Of a stretch of 64,000 nt of DNA, positions 9,095-16,793 are shown piece after piece. The notes beneath the pieces were generated by a model. That model searched no databases. It saw only the letters and a list, made by a program, of their open reading frames with translations, and was not told the origin of the DNA. A program made the position numbers and the translations under genes. Source of the stretch: Gammaproteobacteria bacterium (GTDB lineage: Bacteria; Pseudomonadota; Gammaproteobacteria; HK1); contig JAJFJT010000004.1 in NCBI GenBank assembly GCA_021773795.1, forward strand, positions 17,204 through 81,203, read 5' to 3'. The first letter of the stretch is position 1. Each line of letters opens with the position of its first letter.

Positions 9095-9397
9095 TTGATC
9101 GTTGTTTTCAGGACCAGGCAGCTGGAACGCCAATACAAGGATCATCGGAAGGCCGTTAGAGCATACGGCGAGGTTGTTGCCAAACGATACATATTGCGCA
9201 TCAACACAATCAAGCAAGCCCGGGATATTGAAGAATTGATGAAACTACCCGTGTTGCGATGCCACCAACTGAAAGGGAATCGGGCGGAGCAATATGCTGT
9301 CAATATCACCAGTTTCTATCGACTGATTTTTTCCCTTGAGGGTGAGATGCTGGAGATTGTCCGCATTGAGGAGATAAGCAAACACTATGGCAACTAA
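9095..9397 (+). CDS. HigB/plasmid-maintenance-killer family toxin (RelE/ParE superfamily, 100 aa)
   Basis: TTG start. Size and sequence (…LKGNRAEQYAVNITSFYRLIF…IVRIEEISKHY) are typical of HigB-type toxins. Overlaps the downstream HTH gene by 11 nt. Confidence 0.65.
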   Translation: MIVVFRTRQLERQYKDHRKAVRAYGEVVAKRYILRINTIKQARDIEELMKLPVLRCHQLKGNRAEQYAVNITSFYRLIFSLEGEMLEIVRIEEISKHYGN

Positions 9398-10469
9398 CCA
9401 GGAAATTTATTCGGATCTGGCAGTAGCGCCCGGCGTGTACCTGACTGAGGTCACTGAAGAAATGAGCATGAGCCACGCTGAGCTCGCGCGGCGCATGGGC
9501 CGGCCGGTCCAGGCAATCAGTGAGATTGCCAACGGTATCAAGTCCATTACACCGGATACTGCATTGCAGCTGGAGCAGGTGCTTGGCGTACCGGCTCATA
9601 TCTGGACCGGGCTGGAGGCAGAGTATCAATTGACAAGGGCACGGCGTGCAGCTGCGGAGCAGGTGGAACATGAAACTGATCTGGCCGTCCACTTCCCATA
9701 CCCCGAAATTGCAAAACTCGGCTGGGTAAAGCCAACGCGCAAACGCTCTGAAAAGGTATTGGAACTGCGTCAGTTTTTTGGTGTGGCCTCACTACACAAT
9801 TTGCAGGGGGTACGCGCCTATGCGCCCGCATTTCGCCAATCTGCCAAAGCAGAAGTCTCTCATGAGGCATTGGTCGCCTGGTTGCGTGGAGGTTCGCTGG
9901 AGGCCGACAAGGTCGATACCAAATCATTTGACCGTGTAAAAGCACGTGCGACACTGCAAATGCTCCGTCACCTGACTCGAATGGAACCCGAGGTCTTTCT
10001 GCCAGCACTCAGACAGCAACTGGCGGAAGTGGGAATTGCGTTCGTGCTGCTTCCTCACTTTTCCAAAACCTATACCAATGGCGCGACCTTCTGGCCAACC
10101 TCAAATAAGGCCGTTTTAATGATGACCATCCGGGGAAGCTGGGCGGATATTTTCTGGTTCAGCCTGTTCCACGAGCTGGGGCACATCCTGCTGCATGACA
10201 AGCGCCATACCTTTCTGGAAAATGGCCTTGACGATCCCGACTGGAAGAAACAGGAAGAAGAAGCCGACGACTTCGCCCAGAAAACACTCATCCCGGCGGC
10301 AGCCTGGCGAGCATTCATTAAAACAGACGATTTCAGTGCAACACATATTGTGTCATTCGCGGATGAAATAGATATTGCTCCCGGAATCATCGTTGGCCGA
10401 TTGCAGCATGATGGCGTAATTCCTCCTAACCATCATATTCATCGAACTCGATATAAGTGGGCAAATTGA
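9387..10469 (+). CDS. HigA-like XRE HTH fused to ImmA/IrrE-type zinc metallopeptidase (360 aa)
   Basis: N-terminal HTH (MSHAELARRMGRPVQAISEIANG). C-terminal HExxH motif FHELGHILLHD. Confidence 0.75.
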   Translation: MATNQEIYSDLAVAPGVYLTEVTEEMSMSHAELARRMGRPVQAISEIANGIKSITPDTALQLEQVLGVPAHIWTGLEAEYQLTRARRAAAEQVEHETDLAVHFPYPEIAKLGWVKPTRKRSEKVLELRQFFGVASLHNLQGVRAYAPAFRQSAKAEVSHEALVAWLRGGSLEADKVDTKSFDRVKARATLQMLRHLTRMEPEVFLPALRQQLAEVGIAFVLLPHFSKTYTNGATFWPTSNKAVLMMTIRGSWADIFWFSLFHELGHILLHDKRHTFLENGLDDPDWKKQEEEADDFAQKTLIPAAAWRAFIKTDDFSATHIVSFADEIDIAPGIIVGRLQHDGVIPPNHHIHRTRYKWAN

Positions 10470-10502
10470 TAAACTTCTATGCAAACTGAAAGGAGAGCGA
10501 CC

Positions 10503-10664
10503 ATGAGCAAGAAACCAAGCAAACCGTCGCGCCGAAATCCTGTTGCCCAATATGCAGCACGATTTCAGCGGGCATCGGCATTTCGTGACCGTACCAAGTA
10601 CTGCCGTCACAACAAGCACAGGGGAAGGGAATCCTGGCCAGTGGGCACTGTACTCAGTGCATAG
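10503..10664 (+). CDS. small basic protein, ArfA-like (alternative ribosome-rescue factor candidate, 53 aa)
   Basis: ATG 8 nt after AAGGAG. NPVAQY..RF.R..FRDR..Y.R.NKHRGRESW loosely parallels the ArfA pattern (…LFRQRVE…GSY.RKGKH…NW). The stop codon sits inside a long hairpin, as in arfA. Confidence 0.4.
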   Translation: MSKKPSKPSRRNPVAQYAARFQRASAFRDRTKYCRHNKHRGRESWPVGTVLSA

Positions 10665-10678
10665 TGGCCAGGATTCCC
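10627..10678 (+). promoter_or_regulatory. 14-bp perfect-stem hairpin enclosing the 3' end and stop codon of the ArfA-like ORF
   Basis: GGGAATCCTGGCCA (10627-10640) pairs with TGGCCAGGATTCCC (10665-10678). The 24-nt loop has an inner GCAC/GTGC stem. TAG occupies the last three loop bases. Confidence 0.6.
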
Positions 10679-10861
10679 GCCCGGGAGGGCCCGCCTAATT
10701 CAGGGGCTCATGGCGAGGGGAGGCTTACGACCTCACCCTGGTTTAGCTCCGCCGCATTTTTCTTCTTAATTCCTATCGTTAAAACAGCCGTAAACACCCG
10801 GGACGACCTTCATTTTTTGTGCCCCATGTTAATTTGCCATGTTAGGGCCTCGCGACTATGA

Positions 10862-10880
10862 TGTACGGAAATGCCGTACG
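10862..10880 (+). promoter_or_regulatory. possible YefM-YoeB operator (paired GTAC cores)
   Basis: TGTACGGAAATGCCGTACG forms a dyad with two GTAC cores 13 bp apart, ~20 nt upstream of the yefM start. It resembles the TGTACA-core operators of E. coli yefM-yoeB. Confidence 0.3.
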
Positions 10881-10898
10881 TTGTTGAGGACTCCCCCA

Positions 10899-11180
10899 AT
10901 GGACACAGTTAGTGTGAATAAATTCAGGGATAACCTGAAAAACTTTGTGGAGCAGGTGGTTAGCCAACACATGCCGATCAAGATTACCCGTAGAGCTGGG
11001 GATGATTTTATTGTAGTAAGCGCCGATGACTGGGAGCGCGAGCAAGAAACGCTATATATATTACAAAACAGTGACTTAATGCGACAAATTGCTGCTTCGA
11101 TGGACACTCATCTGGACGGAGATGGATATAGGCCTACAGCCGAGGAAGCCGAGGAAGCCGATGAGATCATTGGCGTTTGA
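10899..11180 (+). CDS. yefM: Phd/YefM-family antitoxin (93 aa)
   Basis: MDTVSVNKFRDNLKNFVEQV… is a typical Phd/YefM N-terminus, with an acidic C-terminal tail. The ATG at 10899 is preferred over the longer ORF-track start. Confidence 0.8.
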   Translation: MDTVSVNKFRDNLKNFVEQVVSQHMPIKITRRAGDDFIVVSADDWEREQETLYILQNSDLMRQIAASMDTHLDGDGYRPTAEEAEEADEIIGV

Positions 11181-11430
11181 AGGTAATACATGGGCTGCTT
11201 ACAAAGAACTCCGAAAGAAAGATAGAAAGCTGCAGAAAGCACTTTGCCGTGTGCTGAAAGAAATGCTTCGTGATGACCCCGCCACTGGTACCGGTAAACC
11301 GGAGCCATTGAAACACACTCTCTCTGGATTATGGTCTCGCCGTATTAGCCAGAAAGACCGTGTTATTTATAAATATGACGGCAAATACGTTTATATTTTT
11401 GCGATTGGCGGGCACTACGACCAATTTTGA
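11161..11430 (+). CDS. yoeB: YoeB/Txe-family mRNA interferase toxin (89 aa)
   Basis: …GTGKPEPLKHTLSGLWSRRISQKDRVIYKY…IGGHY. Overlaps yefM by 20 nt. Confidence 0.8.
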   Translation: MRSLAFEGNTWAAYKELRKKDRKLQKALCRVLKEMLRDDPATGTGKPEPLKHTLSGLWSRRISQKDRVIYKYDGKYVYIFAIGGHYDQF

Positions 11431-11502
11431 TTGCCCTAATGCCACGCTCAGCAGTAGCAAAAAGCGGGGCTTCATCAAATCGTGTGGGTGAAATCTCAGA
11501 AA

Positions 11503-11601
11503 GATCGCAGTCAGGTCTAGATTCATAGCTTTCTTGAATATTCTATTTCCCTGCGAGCTAAGACAGATAGCCGTATAAAGGCTTCAATCCTAGACCTGGG
11601 C
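11503..11601 (-). mobile_element. MITE-like element, copy 3 (inverted orientation)
   Basis: The internal ATTCATAGCTTTCTTGAATATTCTATT is the reverse complement of the core of copies 1 and 2. TIR-like ends GATCGCAGTCAGGTCTAG / CTAGACCTGGGC. Confidence 0.55.
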
Positions 11602-11642
11602 CCGCTCCTGTGGGCCCCGCTCCTGTGGGCCCCGCTCCTGTG
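11599..11642 (+). repeat. 15-bp tandem repeat x3 (GGCCCCGCTCCTGTG)
   Basis: Three consecutive units, the first lacking one C, starting inside the right end of MITE copy 3. Confidence 0.8.
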
Positions 11643-11690
11643 GCCCTCAGATTTATACGGACCCGTATATCCAAGCCGGTTCGTCGCTAT

Positions 11691-11852
11691 TCAGTGCGAC
11701 AGGTTTTCATTACCTTCTTTCCATCCTTGATCCCAGGATTTCGCTAGTTCAGAGGATTTCCCCATATACGGGTTACTCGCTTGAGAAGCACCCTTTTTTC
11801 CCGCCGCATATCCCTCGGCCCAAGCGGCATTGATGGATGCTCGCTCTTCCAT
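11691..11852 (-). CDS. rmf: ribosome modulation factor-like protein (53 aa; absent from the ORF track)
   Basis: My manual translation gives MEERASINAAWAEGYAAGKKGASQASNPYMGKSSELAKSWDQGWKEGNENLSH. It matches the RMF pattern GY.AG..G.S...PY…W..GW.E seen in E. coli RMF (RGYQAGIAGRSKEMCPY…WLGGWREA). Confidence 0.55.
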   Translation of the reverse strand: MEERASINAAWAEGYAAGKKGASQASNPYMGKSSELAKSWDQGWKEGNENLSH

Positions 11853-11922
11853 ACTTCCCCTATTCGTGTGCTCTTACGCACGAATTGTATGGTAATAGGG
11901 AACTGCCCCTGATTTCCTTTCC

Positions 11923-12027
11923 TTATCTTCTATTGGCTTTTTTTTCCTTTCTTTCCTTTCGTTTTTCTTTCATCGTTTTTACAGGTTGCTTTTTCGCTGC
12001 TTTTTTTGCATCTCGCCCTTTAGCCAT
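11923..12027 (-). CDS. possible 34-aa Lys/Arg-rich peptide
   Basis: ATG preceded by AAAGGAGAAAATC. Translation MAKGRDAKKAAKKQPVKTMKEKRKERKEKKANRR. Purine-rich low-complexity DNA, so chance ORFs are plausible. Confidence 0.3.
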   Translation of the reverse strand: MAKGRDAKKAAKKQPVKTMKEKRKERKEKKANRR

Positions 12028-12097
12028 GATTTTCTCCTTTTTAATAGTTGAACCTTAAACATCTGCTAAGAAGATTGTGTTTAGAACGTAACGCTTA

Positions 12098-12142
12098 CAG
12101 CAGAGGCGCGAGCTTGCGAGCGTCCTGCTGCCTGTTTTTGTT
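12098..12142 (+). terminator. hairpin + T-run oriented as a + strand intrinsic terminator
   Basis: CAGCAG.GGCGC…GCGTCCTGCTG stem followed by CCTGTTTTTGTT on the + strand. On the - strand no U-run follows the stem. Confidence 0.35.
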
Positions 12143-12389
12143 ATGCATTTTTATCTTCAGTCTTCTTAACTCGTATTTTATTTCTGCCGACAGTTTTGTT
12201 GTTTAGATTTTTGATTGCAGCTTTTGCTTCACCGGACTTTGGCATCTCAACGAAACCAAAACCTTTAGACGCTCCACTATCCCGATCCATTACTAAATCA
12301 CAGGATTGAACTGTACCGAATTCTTGAAACAAAGCTTTCAACTCTTCTTCTCTGGTTGATCGATCTAAGTTACGTATTAATAATTTCAT
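12141..12389 (-). CDS. RRM-type RNA-binding protein (82 aa)
   Basis: RNP2 LLIRNL and RNP1 KGFGFVEM motifs. Confidence 0.85.
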   Translation of the reverse strand: MKLLIRNLDRSTREEELKALFQEFGTVQSCDLVMDRDSGASKGFGFVEMPKSGEAKAAIKNLNNKTVGRNKIRVKKTEDKNA

Positions 12390-12547
12390 ATATATTCCGA
12401 GCAGGATTTATGTGGAAAATTTCTCATTTAATGAGAAATACCGATTCGGCATCAAACGGGTGGTGTATGCGGCCCAAGTGTTCACGCTTTTCCCCATAAC
12501 GACAATACACTATATTTATCAACATTTTACAACCCAACCCGCCTTCC

Positions 12548-12600
12548 TTGGCAAAAACTTAAACCCTGAATCCTGGCGTTTCAAGGTTTTCCCGAACTCC
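12548..12600. repeat. short intergenic repeat family 2, copy C
   Basis: GGCAAAAACTTAAACCCTGAATCCTGGCGTTTCAAGGTTTTCCCGAAC, immediately downstream of the intact ATPase gene. Confidence 0.65.
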
Positions 12601-12637
12601 AAGGTCACGTCCCGGTATTAAAGCGGATCTGAATAAA

Positions 12638-15346
12638 TCAGACCGTCTTTAGCCGCAAGCGCTGATCAATCCATTTCTCCATCCCCACCACCGCATAGAT
12701 GGCGGCGGCGAGCGCGATAATGCGGCCCCAGGCATCCAGACCAATGGGGGCGCCGTGGAAGGCAATATTCATGGCCGGGGTATAGGTAAAGGCAAGTTGC
12801 AGCAAAATCATTCCGGCCACACCGGCCAATAGCCAGCGGTTGCTCCATACGCCCAGCGCAAACATCGAGTGACTGAGTGAGCGGCAGTTGAACAGATAAA
12901 AAAGCTCCCCCATCACCAGCATATTGACTGCCACGGTGCGCGCGGCGGCCTCGCTCGCACTATTGCTGAGCGCCCACTCATAGAGCCCGAAGCAGGCCGC
13001 AGCCAGCATCACGCCCACCAGAACAATGCGCAGCACCAGACGAAGATGGAGCATGGCCTGACGGGGATTGCGCGGTGGCCGCGCCATGATGCCGGGTTCC
13101 CCCGGTTCGAAGGCCAGGGTGAGGCCAAGCAGCAGTGCTGTGGTCATGTTAATCCACAGAATCTGGACCGGGAGTATGGGCAGGCTGACGCCCGCGAGCA
13201 CCGCCACCATAATGACCAGGGCCTCACCGAGATTGGTGGGCAAGGTCCAGGTGATAAATTTCACCAGATTGTCGTAAACGCCCCGCCCTTCTTCCACCGC
13301 TGCCTCAATGGAGGCAAAGTTATCGTCCGTGAGCACCATCTCCGCCGCCTCCTTGGCCACCTCGGTGCCCACACGGCCCATGGCGACCCCGATATCCGCC
13401 TGCCGGAGCGCTGGGGCATCGTTGACGCCATCGCCAGTCATAGCCACCACATGGCCATGGTTTTGCAGCGCCTCTACCAGGCGCAGCTTTTGTTCCGGGC
13501 TCACTCGGGCGAACACTGTCGTCGTCTCGACGGCATCGATAAATTCGGCATCGGCAAGCCGGGCGATAGCCTCTCCCGATAACACCCGGGTTTCCCCGGC
13601 GGGAGCGAGGCCTATATGGCGGGCGATGGCGAGTGCTGTCGCGGCGTGATCTCCGGTGACCATTTTCACCTGGATGCCCGCGGCTCGGCAGGCAGCCACT
13701 GCGGTGAGTGCATCGGAGCGCGGCGGGTCGCTCATGCCTTGCAGGCCCAGGAAAACAAGATTCTCCAATGGATTGTGTGCCCCCCAGTTGGCAGCCTCCA
13801 CCGGCAAATTGCCGCGGGCGAAGAGCAGTACCCGCAAACCTTGCTGCGCCATCGCGTGGGCTCGTTGCTCGATCGCCTTACTGTCCACCGGAACCAGCTC
13901 ACCCGCCGCATCCAGGGCATTCCGACAGTGCGGCAACAACGCCTCCATGGAGCCCTTGAGATAGCTCACCCGTGGCTGGTCGATGCCGCCATCGTGCAGG
14001 GTGGCCATATAACGATGGCGGGCATCGAAGGGCCAAAGGTCGATGCGTGGCAACGTCTCGCTCACCCCATCTTGAAGCAGGCTGGCCTTGGTCGCGGCAA
14101 CGATGAGGGCGCCCTCGGTGGGATCGCCCTCGATACGCCACCCATCCTCCGCCTGCTGCAGACGGGAATCGTTGCACAACAGACCGGCGGTCAGACATTC
14201 CATCAGGGCGGGGTGCCCCTGCGGATCGACTGATTGCTCTCCCAAACTGAACATACCCTCCGGCGTATAGCCTCCACCGGAAAGGGTGAAGGTCTTCCCC
14301 CCTGCCATCACCTCCCGCACCGTCATCTGGTTTTTGGTCAGGGTGCCGGTCTTGTCGGAGCAGATAACGGTGGTGCTGCCCAGAGTCTCCACCGCCGGCA
14401 ATTTGCGGATAATCGCGTGCTTCTTTGCCATCCGCCCGACCCCGATGGCAAGGGTGATGGTGAGCGCCGCGGGCAAGCCCTCGGGAATGGCGCCCACGGC
14501 CAGGGCCACCGCGGCCATGAACATATCGGACCAGGGTTCGCCGTAGAGGGCGCCGACCACAAAGGTCATGGAGGCAAGACCGAGAATCACGTAGAGGAGG
14601 ACCCGGCTGAAAGCGCCGATCTTCCGGGTCAGGGGGGTTTCCGGAATACTCGCCTCGGAAATCAACGTCGAAATACGTCCGATTTCGGTATCATCGCCGG
14701 TGGCGACCACCACCCCCAGGGCGCTGCCGGTGGTTACCAGCGTGGATGAATAGGCCATGTTCCGGCGGTCGGCGAGCAAAGTATCGTGCTTGAGGGTACC
14801 CGCATGTTTTTCAGCGGGGAGTGACTCGCCGGTGAGGGCCGATTCGTCCACTTTCAACTGATGGGCGTGGAGCAGGCGCAGATCGGCGGCCACCTTGTCC
14901 CCTGGCTGCATACTGACGACATCACCCGGAACCAGATCCAGAGATTCCACCACCTGCTTGCGGCCGCCACGGATCACGGTAGCCTCGCGGGTCATGATAC
15001 GAGCCAGCGCCTTGATAGCCTGGATGGCGCGGCTCTCCTGGATGCTCCCCAACAGCGCATTCACCAGCACCACGCCGAAAATTACCCCGGTATCGACCCA
15101 TTCACCCAGCAGCGCCGTGACGAGACATGCGGCGAGCAGAATATAGACCAGCGGCTGGTGGAACTGGAGCAGAAAGCGCAGCAAGGGGCCGCGGCCCGGT
15201 CGTTCACTAAGGGCATTGGGACCAAAACGCGCCCGCCGCTCCCCGGCCTCAAGTATATCGAGGCCCTTCTCCGGATCGGTTTCCAGTAGCTCCAGAACCT
15301 CGCGGCTCGGCAAATGATGCCAGTGCCGACTCAAGATGCTCGCCAT
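12638..15346 (-). CDS. cation-transporting P-type ATPase (P2-like, 902 aa)
   Basis: DKTGTLT phosphorylation site, TGES-type actuator (TGESLP), TGDGVNDAPAL hinge, and multiple C-terminal TM helices. Confidence 0.9.
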   Translation of the reverse strand: MASILSRHWHHLPSREVLELLETDPEKGLDILEAGERRARFGPNALSERPGRGPLLRFLLQFHQPLVYILLAACLVTALLGEWVDTGVIFGVVLVNALLGSIQESRAIQAIKALARIMTREATVIRGGRKQVVESLDLVPGDVVSMQPGDKVAADLRLLHAHQLKVDESALTGESLPAEKHAGTLKHDTLLADRRNMAYSSTLVTTGSALGVVVATGDDTEIGRISTLISEASIPETPLTRKIGAFSRVLLYVILGLASMTFVVGALYGEPWSDMFMAAVALAVGAIPEGLPAALTITLAIGVGRMAKKHAIIRKLPAVETLGSTTVICSDKTGTLTKNQMTVREVMAGGKTFTLSGGGYTPEGMFSLGEQSVDPQGHPALMECLTAGLLCNDSRLQQAEDGWRIEGDPTEGALIVAATKASLLQDGVSETLPRIDLWPFDARHRYMATLHDGGIDQPRVSYLKGSMEALLPHCRNALDAAGELVPVDSKAIEQRAHAMAQQGLRVLLFARGNLPVEAANWGAHNPLENLVFLGLQGMSDPPRSDALTAVAACRAAGIQVKMVTGDHAATALAIARHIGLAPAGETRVLSGEAIARLADAEFIDAVETTTVFARVSPEQKLRLVEALQNHGHVVAMTGDGVNDAPALRQADIGVAMGRVGTEVAKEAAEMVLTDDNFASIEAAVEEGRGVYDNLVKFITWTLPTNLGEALVIMVAVLAGVSLPILPVQILWINMTTALLLGLTLAFEPGEPGIMARPPRNPRQAMLHLRLVLRIVLVGVMLAAACFGLYEWALSNSASEAAARTVAVNMLVMGELFYLFNCRSLSHSMFALGVWSNRWLLAGVAGMILLQLAFTYTPAMNIAFHGAPIGLDAWGRIIALAAAIYAVVGMEKWIDQRLRLKTV

Positions 15347-15452
15347 GGCCTTACCTGCTTATTATCACTCTAGCGCACTACACCTAATTTTCTCGGGAAC
15401 ACCTGCACAGATCTCTCCTTCTGCCCAGCCCCATGCCAGAATCCTTCTACCA

Positions 15453-16793
15453 CTACAACCCATACCTGTCGATGAGGCGGTAGATACTTCGCTCGCTAAC
15501 ACCCAGTCGCTCGGCCACAGTGGCGCGATGCCCTGAGTATTTCTTCAATAAGTTCGAAAGATATCTTGCTTCTATCTCTGCAAAAGTCGGCTCGTGATCA
15601 AAACTTAAATTAACGCCATGCACGGAGTTTCCCGCAGTCAGCGATGCGGTCAAATGCCGGCGCCTAATTTTCTTTTCATCCTGGGACAGGATGATGGCTC
15701 GCTCGACTGCATTTTTCAGTTCTCGCACATTGCCGGGCCAGTCATAGGTAGTCAGTGCACGCATGGCGTTGCGGGACACGACCGTATTGATCCGGCGGGA
15801 AAAATCATGATTACAAATAAAATGATCGACCAGTTCCCGGATATCTTCCCGGCGCTCTCGTAACGGCGGCACCGTGATAACAAAGGCGCTCAAGCGGTAG
15901 AACAGATCAGAGCGAAATCTCCCCTCTTCAACCGCCTTTTCCAGATCGCAGTTAGTGGCGGCTACGATGCGTACATTGGCCCGCAGATCTTTGGTTCCAC
16001 CCACCCTGCGAAACATGTTTGTCTCGATCAGCCGGAGCAATTTGGCTTGAACCGGGAGATCGATCTCGCCGATTTCGTCCAGAAACAGTGTTCCGTCCTT
16101 CCCGCCTTCTACCAGCCCCTTCTTCTGCCTGTCCGCCCCCGTAAAAGCACCGCGTTCAAAACCGAAGAGTTCTGATTCGAAAAGCTTCTCCGGCAAAGTA
16201 CAGCAGTCCACTGCAACGAAATTCCCCCCGGATCGGTCGCTGTGCTCATGAACGGTTTTTGCAACCAGCTCCTTGCCCACACCACTTTCTCCCTGGATCA
16301 GCACCGTCATATCGGTTGCCGCGACCATATTGATTAGGTGATGAACATCCTGTAACGCCCGACTGTGCCCAATCAGGAGCTTCCTGCCCTCGCTCGCCTG
16401 TAAACGCTGCTTACAGAACAGATGTTCTGCACGCAGGCTGATACGGGCCAGAGCACGCTGTACGACGATCTCCATCTCGTCGAGACTGACTGGCTTGGCG
16501 AGATAGTCCTCAACCCCCACCTTCGTGGCTCTTACCGCATCTTTTACCGAGGCAAAGGCCGTCATCACCACCACTGGATAGTCGCTGAGCAACTGCGGTA
16601 ACAACTCCATACCATCGGCATCGGGCAAACACACGTCCATGAGCACCAGATCAGGTTCATGGGCATCAAGATATTGCTTGGCCTCCGCCCAGGAATGAGC
16701 GATCTCCGCGGTGCAGCCAATATGCTTCAAGTGTTCAATGATGAGGCCACCCAGGGCCTTATCGTCTTCGATGACCAGCAGTTCCTTCTTCAC
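15453..16793 (-). CDS. sigma54-dependent response regulator (NtrC family, 446 aa)
   Basis: REC domain, AAA+ sigma54-interaction domain (GESGVGKE, ESELFGFERGAFTGA), and a C-terminal Fis-type HTH. Confidence 0.9.
   Translation of the reverse strand: MKKELLVIEDDKALGGLIIEHLKHIGCTAEIAHSWAEAKQYLDAHEPDLVLMDVCLPDADGMELLPQLLSDYPVVVMTAFASVKDAVRATKVGVEDYLAKPVSLDEMEIVVQRALARISLRAEHLFCKQRLQASEGRKLLIGHSRALQDVHHLINMVAATDMTVLIQGESGVGKELVAKTVHEHSDRSGGNFVAVDCCTLPEKLFESELFGFERGAFTGADRQKKGLVEGGKDGTLFLDEIGEIDLPVQAKLLRLIETNMFRRVGGTKDLRANVRIVAATNCDLEKAVEEGRFRSDLFYRLSAFVITVPPLRERREDIRELVDHFICNHDFSRRINTVVSRNAMRALTTYDWPGNVRELKNAVERAIILSQDEKKIRRRHLTASLTAGNSVHGVNLSFDHEPTFAEIEARYLSNLLKKYSGHRATVAERLGVSERSIYRLIDRYGL

Noticed and set aside
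6630-12637. A search for an integrase, recombinase or transposase that would explain the repeat-bounded islet.
   Set aside because: None is recognisable in any frame. I therefore describe the islet only as repeat-bracketed, not as a defined integrative element.
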